From contig USJA01000001.1 in assembly GCA_900554875.1 (NCBI GenBank), positions 1 to 30,548 of the forward strand: a stretch of 30,548 nucleotides of DNA. Direction: 5' to 3'. The translations under genes and the position numbers were made by a program. Positions 28,182 through 30,548 of the stretch are shown here, one piece after another. Position 1 is the stretch's first letter, and the number at the start of each line of letters is the position of its first letter. Origin of the DNA: an uncultured Clostridium sp. GTDB lineage: Bacteria > Bacillota > Clostridia > TANB77 > CAG-465. The notes below the pieces were generated by a model that was given only the letters and a program-made list of their open reading frames with translations, had not been told where the DNA came from and did no database searches.

Positions 28182-29105
28182 CTAACCTTTCTTTATCAAA
28201 TAATGTCTTACAGCCTCTTTAATATATGCTAATAAATCTGACTTAGGTGCATCTTTTGAAATTACAAGCTTACTTTCACCAATTTTCTCATTAGTCTCCC
28301 TATTAAATATCTCAATATTTCCAACTTCATCACCACTTGAAAGGGGAGCTGTTAAGTTTTCGTTATACGATATTTTCTCTATAGTGTCCACTTTAGCCCC
28401 TTTATCTGCAAGTATAGTAACTTTATCTTTTATTGAAACATCAAAAGTTTCATTTACACACTTATTAATATTTATACTTCCAGTTATTACCCCACTTTCA
28501 CATATATTTTTAACTTCGTAATTTGCAAAGCCATAATCTAATAGTTGTTTTACTTCTTCAAGTCTTACTGCACTAGATGGTGCCTTCATTACAACTGCTA
28601 TAAAAGATGTACCATTTCTAGTAGCAGTACCTGATAAATTAAATAACGCCTTAGATGTTGAACCAGTTTTAAGTCCCGTTGCCCCCTCATAAAAACGAAT
28701 TAATTTATTCGTACTATTTAATCCAAAGGTACCATCTCTTAGTGTGTCTTGCCAAATAGATGTATATTTTAATATGTCTGGATGTTTAGTAATGAGTTCT
28801 CTAGACATTATAGCTATGTCTTTTGCAGTCGTATAATGTCCCTCTTCATCTATTCCATGTGAATTTTTAAAACAAGTATTTTGCATTCCAAGCTCTTTTG
28901 CTTTATCATTCATCATTTTAACAAAATTTTCTTCACTTCCACCAATTTTTTCAGCCATTGCAACAGTAACATCATTTGCACTAACAACACATATAGCTTT
29001 TAAAGCCTCATCTACTGTAAGTTCTTCATTTTCTTTAAACCATATTTGTGAACCACCCATTTTAGATGCTTTAGCACTGCATTTTACTTTATCTTGATAA
29101 GTCAT
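28182..29105 (-). CDS. dacF: D-Ala-D-Ala carboxypeptidase (peptidase S11, DacF-like), C-terminal part in +1 frame; predicted fused gene 28182..29406, about 407 aa
   Basis: MGGSQIW, SAND (SxN), F.N.HG, GLKTG (KTG) and a PBP5 C-terminal domain; lacks SxxK. Confidence 0.85.
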   Translation of the reverse strand: MTYQDKVKCSAKASKMGGSQIWFKENEELTVDEALKAICVVSANDVTVAMAEKIGGSEENFVKMMNDKAKELGMQNTCFKNSHGIDEEGHYTTAKDIAIMSRELITKHPDILKYTSIWQDTLRDGTFGLNSTNKLIRFYEGATGLKTGSTSKALFNLSGTATRNGTSFIAVVMKAPSSAVRLEEVKQLLDYGFANYEVKNICESGVITGSININKCVNETFDVSIKDKVTILADKGAKVDTIEKISYNENLTAPLSSGDEVGNIEIFNRETNEKIGESKLVISKDAPKSDLLAYIKEAVRHYLIKKG

Positions 29106-29406
29106 TTTTCCGTGAATCTATTTGTTCCATTGTAAGAAGTATGGTCATAACTTTAGTAACTGACGCAGGTAACAACTTTTCATTCTCATTATTGGCATAA
29201 AGAATTTTTCCAGTTGTAGGCTCCATAAGTACTTGTGATTCAGATTGAAAGTTAAACTCTGGAGCACTTGCAATAGTACTTATACTACTTACCTTTGTTT
29301 CTTTATTTTTATTTACTGGATATGTATACGTAACCGCACTAACTGTTGTAAAAATTAACATCAAAAAGAATGTAGAGATAATACTTATTTGTATTTTCTT
29401 TTTCAA
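29089..29406 (-). CDS. dacF: D-Ala-D-Ala carboxypeptidase (DacF-like), N-terminal part
   Basis: Signal/anchor helix; LMEPTTGKILY; catalytic PASVTK (SxxK); probable TTG start at 29406 after GAGGTGG. Confidence 0.85.
   Translation of the reverse strand: MKKKIQISIISTFFLMLIFTTVSAVTYTYPVNKNKETKVSSISTIASAPEFNFQSESQVLMEPTTGKILYANNENEKLLPASVTKVMTILLTMEQIDSRKNDLSR
29109..29115 (-). other. Candidate +1 frameshift site TCA-C-GGA
   Basis: In-frame CGG at 29112-29110; skipping base 29112 gives MEQIDS-GKMTYQDKV, matching the family pattern E.ID.GK....D.V. Confidence 0.8.
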
Positions 29407-29459
29407 ACTAACCACCTCAAAAAATCGAATAATATAACTATTACATTATATTATTCGAC
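29399..29459. repeat. Direct repeat copy 1 (dacF start region with 13-bp perfect hairpin)
   Basis: Near-identical to 30435-30496; 36-nt exact core at 29414-29449; inverted repeat 29425-29437 / 29446-29458. Confidence 0.9.
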
Positions 29460-29671
29460 ATTTATTTTATGAATGATAATTTTTAACGAACAAATTGTTA
29501 ATACAAACTATCCTATTTAATAATATTTAGTTTGTATTTATCACGCCTATACCATTAACAGTGATATAACTGTATAACTTTTATTTTCCAATCCTTTTTC
29601 GTAAGCAAACTTATCTCCTATTAATGCCATATCTTTTTTGTATTCTAATATCTCTAATACTTAATTATCTA

Positions 29672-30298
29672 TTATAAAATAACAGATAAATTTTCTAGAT
29701 TATTCCCTTTAAATTCCAGTTTAACAACGCATGGTGATTTCATATCTAAAACAATTTCATCTTTATATACAAGTTTTATTTCTTCATTTAGTTTGCACCA
29801 ATTCATTAATAAAAATTTTAACGCAGCCCCATGACTTACTATTGCAATTTTTTTACCCTTATTTTCAGTTAGTATTTTAGTTAATGCATCTGTCATTCTT
29901 TTATTTACTTCAACTCTGCTTTCTCCACCAACATTTTTTAAATTCTTATCTAGTAACTGTTCTTCTGTAAACGAATGCTTTTTATTTTTTCCTAACTCTT
30001 TTAATAAACTTAAATCACCTAATTTTCTCTCATTTAACTTATCGTCTATATTGATTTCTATATTATTATTATCTGCTATATATTTTGATGTAGAAATAGC
30101 TCTAACATAATTACTAGACCATAAAACGTTTATATTACTTAGTTCCTCTAAATCAGCCAATTTTTGTGCTTTCTTTTCACCAAGCACAGATAAAGTTATT
30201 TTCTCATTATTTATTTGTTCATTTTCCGCTATATATTTTTTCCCTTTTATTTTTAATTGTTCTGAATGTCTTATTAAATAAACTATTGTTTTATTCAA
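29672..30298 (-). CDS. Histidine phosphatase (phosphoglycerate mutase-like) family protein
   Basis: YLIRHSE, SS.Y.RA..T, L.ER..G, GGES, IVSHG; TTG start after GGTGA. Confidence 0.9.
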   Translation of the reverse strand: MNKTIVYLIRHSEQLKIKGKKYIAENEQINNEKITLSVLGEKKAQKLADLEELSNINVLWSSNYVRAISTSKYIADNNNIEINIDDKLNERKLGDLSLLKELGKNKKHSFTEEQLLDKNLKNVGGESRVEVNKRMTDALTKILTENKGKKIAIVSHGAALKFLLMNWCKLNEEIKLVYKDEIVLDMKSPCVVKLEFKGNNLENLSVIL

Positions 30299-30434
30299 AA
30301 TTTTATCACCAATAAAATTATATCAAAAAAAATTATCTTGTACAAGAATATAACATAACTTTATATTTGTTATTTGAATTTTTATTGCAGTATTATTTAT
30401 TACTTAAGAATTGCAACATATCGTCATATCCTTT

Positions 30435-30496
30435 TTTTTCAAATTAACTACCTCAAAAAATCGAATAATATAACTATTACATTATTATTATCCGAC
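30435..30496. repeat. Direct repeat copy 2 (degenerate copy of the dacF start region)
   Basis: Three substitutions and one indel relative to copy 1; exact core at 30450-30485. Confidence 0.9.
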
Positions 30497-30548
30497 TTCT
30501 ATTAAATTATAATATATATTTATTTTTAAATAAATTTTTTTGTCATTT

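Noticed and set aside
13288..29415. Homopolymer sequencing error or slipped-strand phase variation as the cause of the two splits
   Set aside because: The dacF junction is fixed by homology at a lone C upstream of the A run, and both sites share the NCA-CGG context. An assembly error is not fully excluded without reads.
1..30548. tRNA or rRNA genes
   Set aside because: No GC-rich structured stretch or T-loop/CCA signature was seen in any intergenic gap.

Overview
Very AT-rich bacterial chromosomal DNA that looks clostridial (Firmicutes). Every credible gene is on the minus strand. In transcription order (right to left): a histidine-phosphatase gene bracketed by a ~61-bp direct repeat; a D-Ala-D-Ala carboxypeptidase (dacF-like) split over two frames; a ~17.5-kb atypical Tad/Flp-like pilus locus; a stand-alone LRR/PT-repeat surface protein; a small membrane protein; a CpaE-like protein; a GAF plus degenerate GGDEF protein; then housekeeping genes (ireB, ruvX/yqgF, DUF1292, ynbB-like, HI0933-family flavoprotein, htrA). 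The pilus locus holds a CpaB/SAF protein, two degenerate ParA/CpaE-like proteins, a TadA ATPase, a fused TadB/C, seven pilin-like proteins without a class III cleavage motif (one carrying dockerin repeats), an SLH-like protein and a ~1210-aa secreted protein also split over two frames. The main observation is that both split genes break at the same signal: an in-frame CGG codon in the context NCA-CGG-N, where skipping the C gives a Gly codon and restores the full-length frame. My manual scan found only one other in-frame CGG, in the gene that looks independently acquired. This suggests lineage-specific +1 recoding (or quadruplet decoding) at CGG rather than pseudogenisation. All family assignments come from motif recognition by eye, not from database searches.
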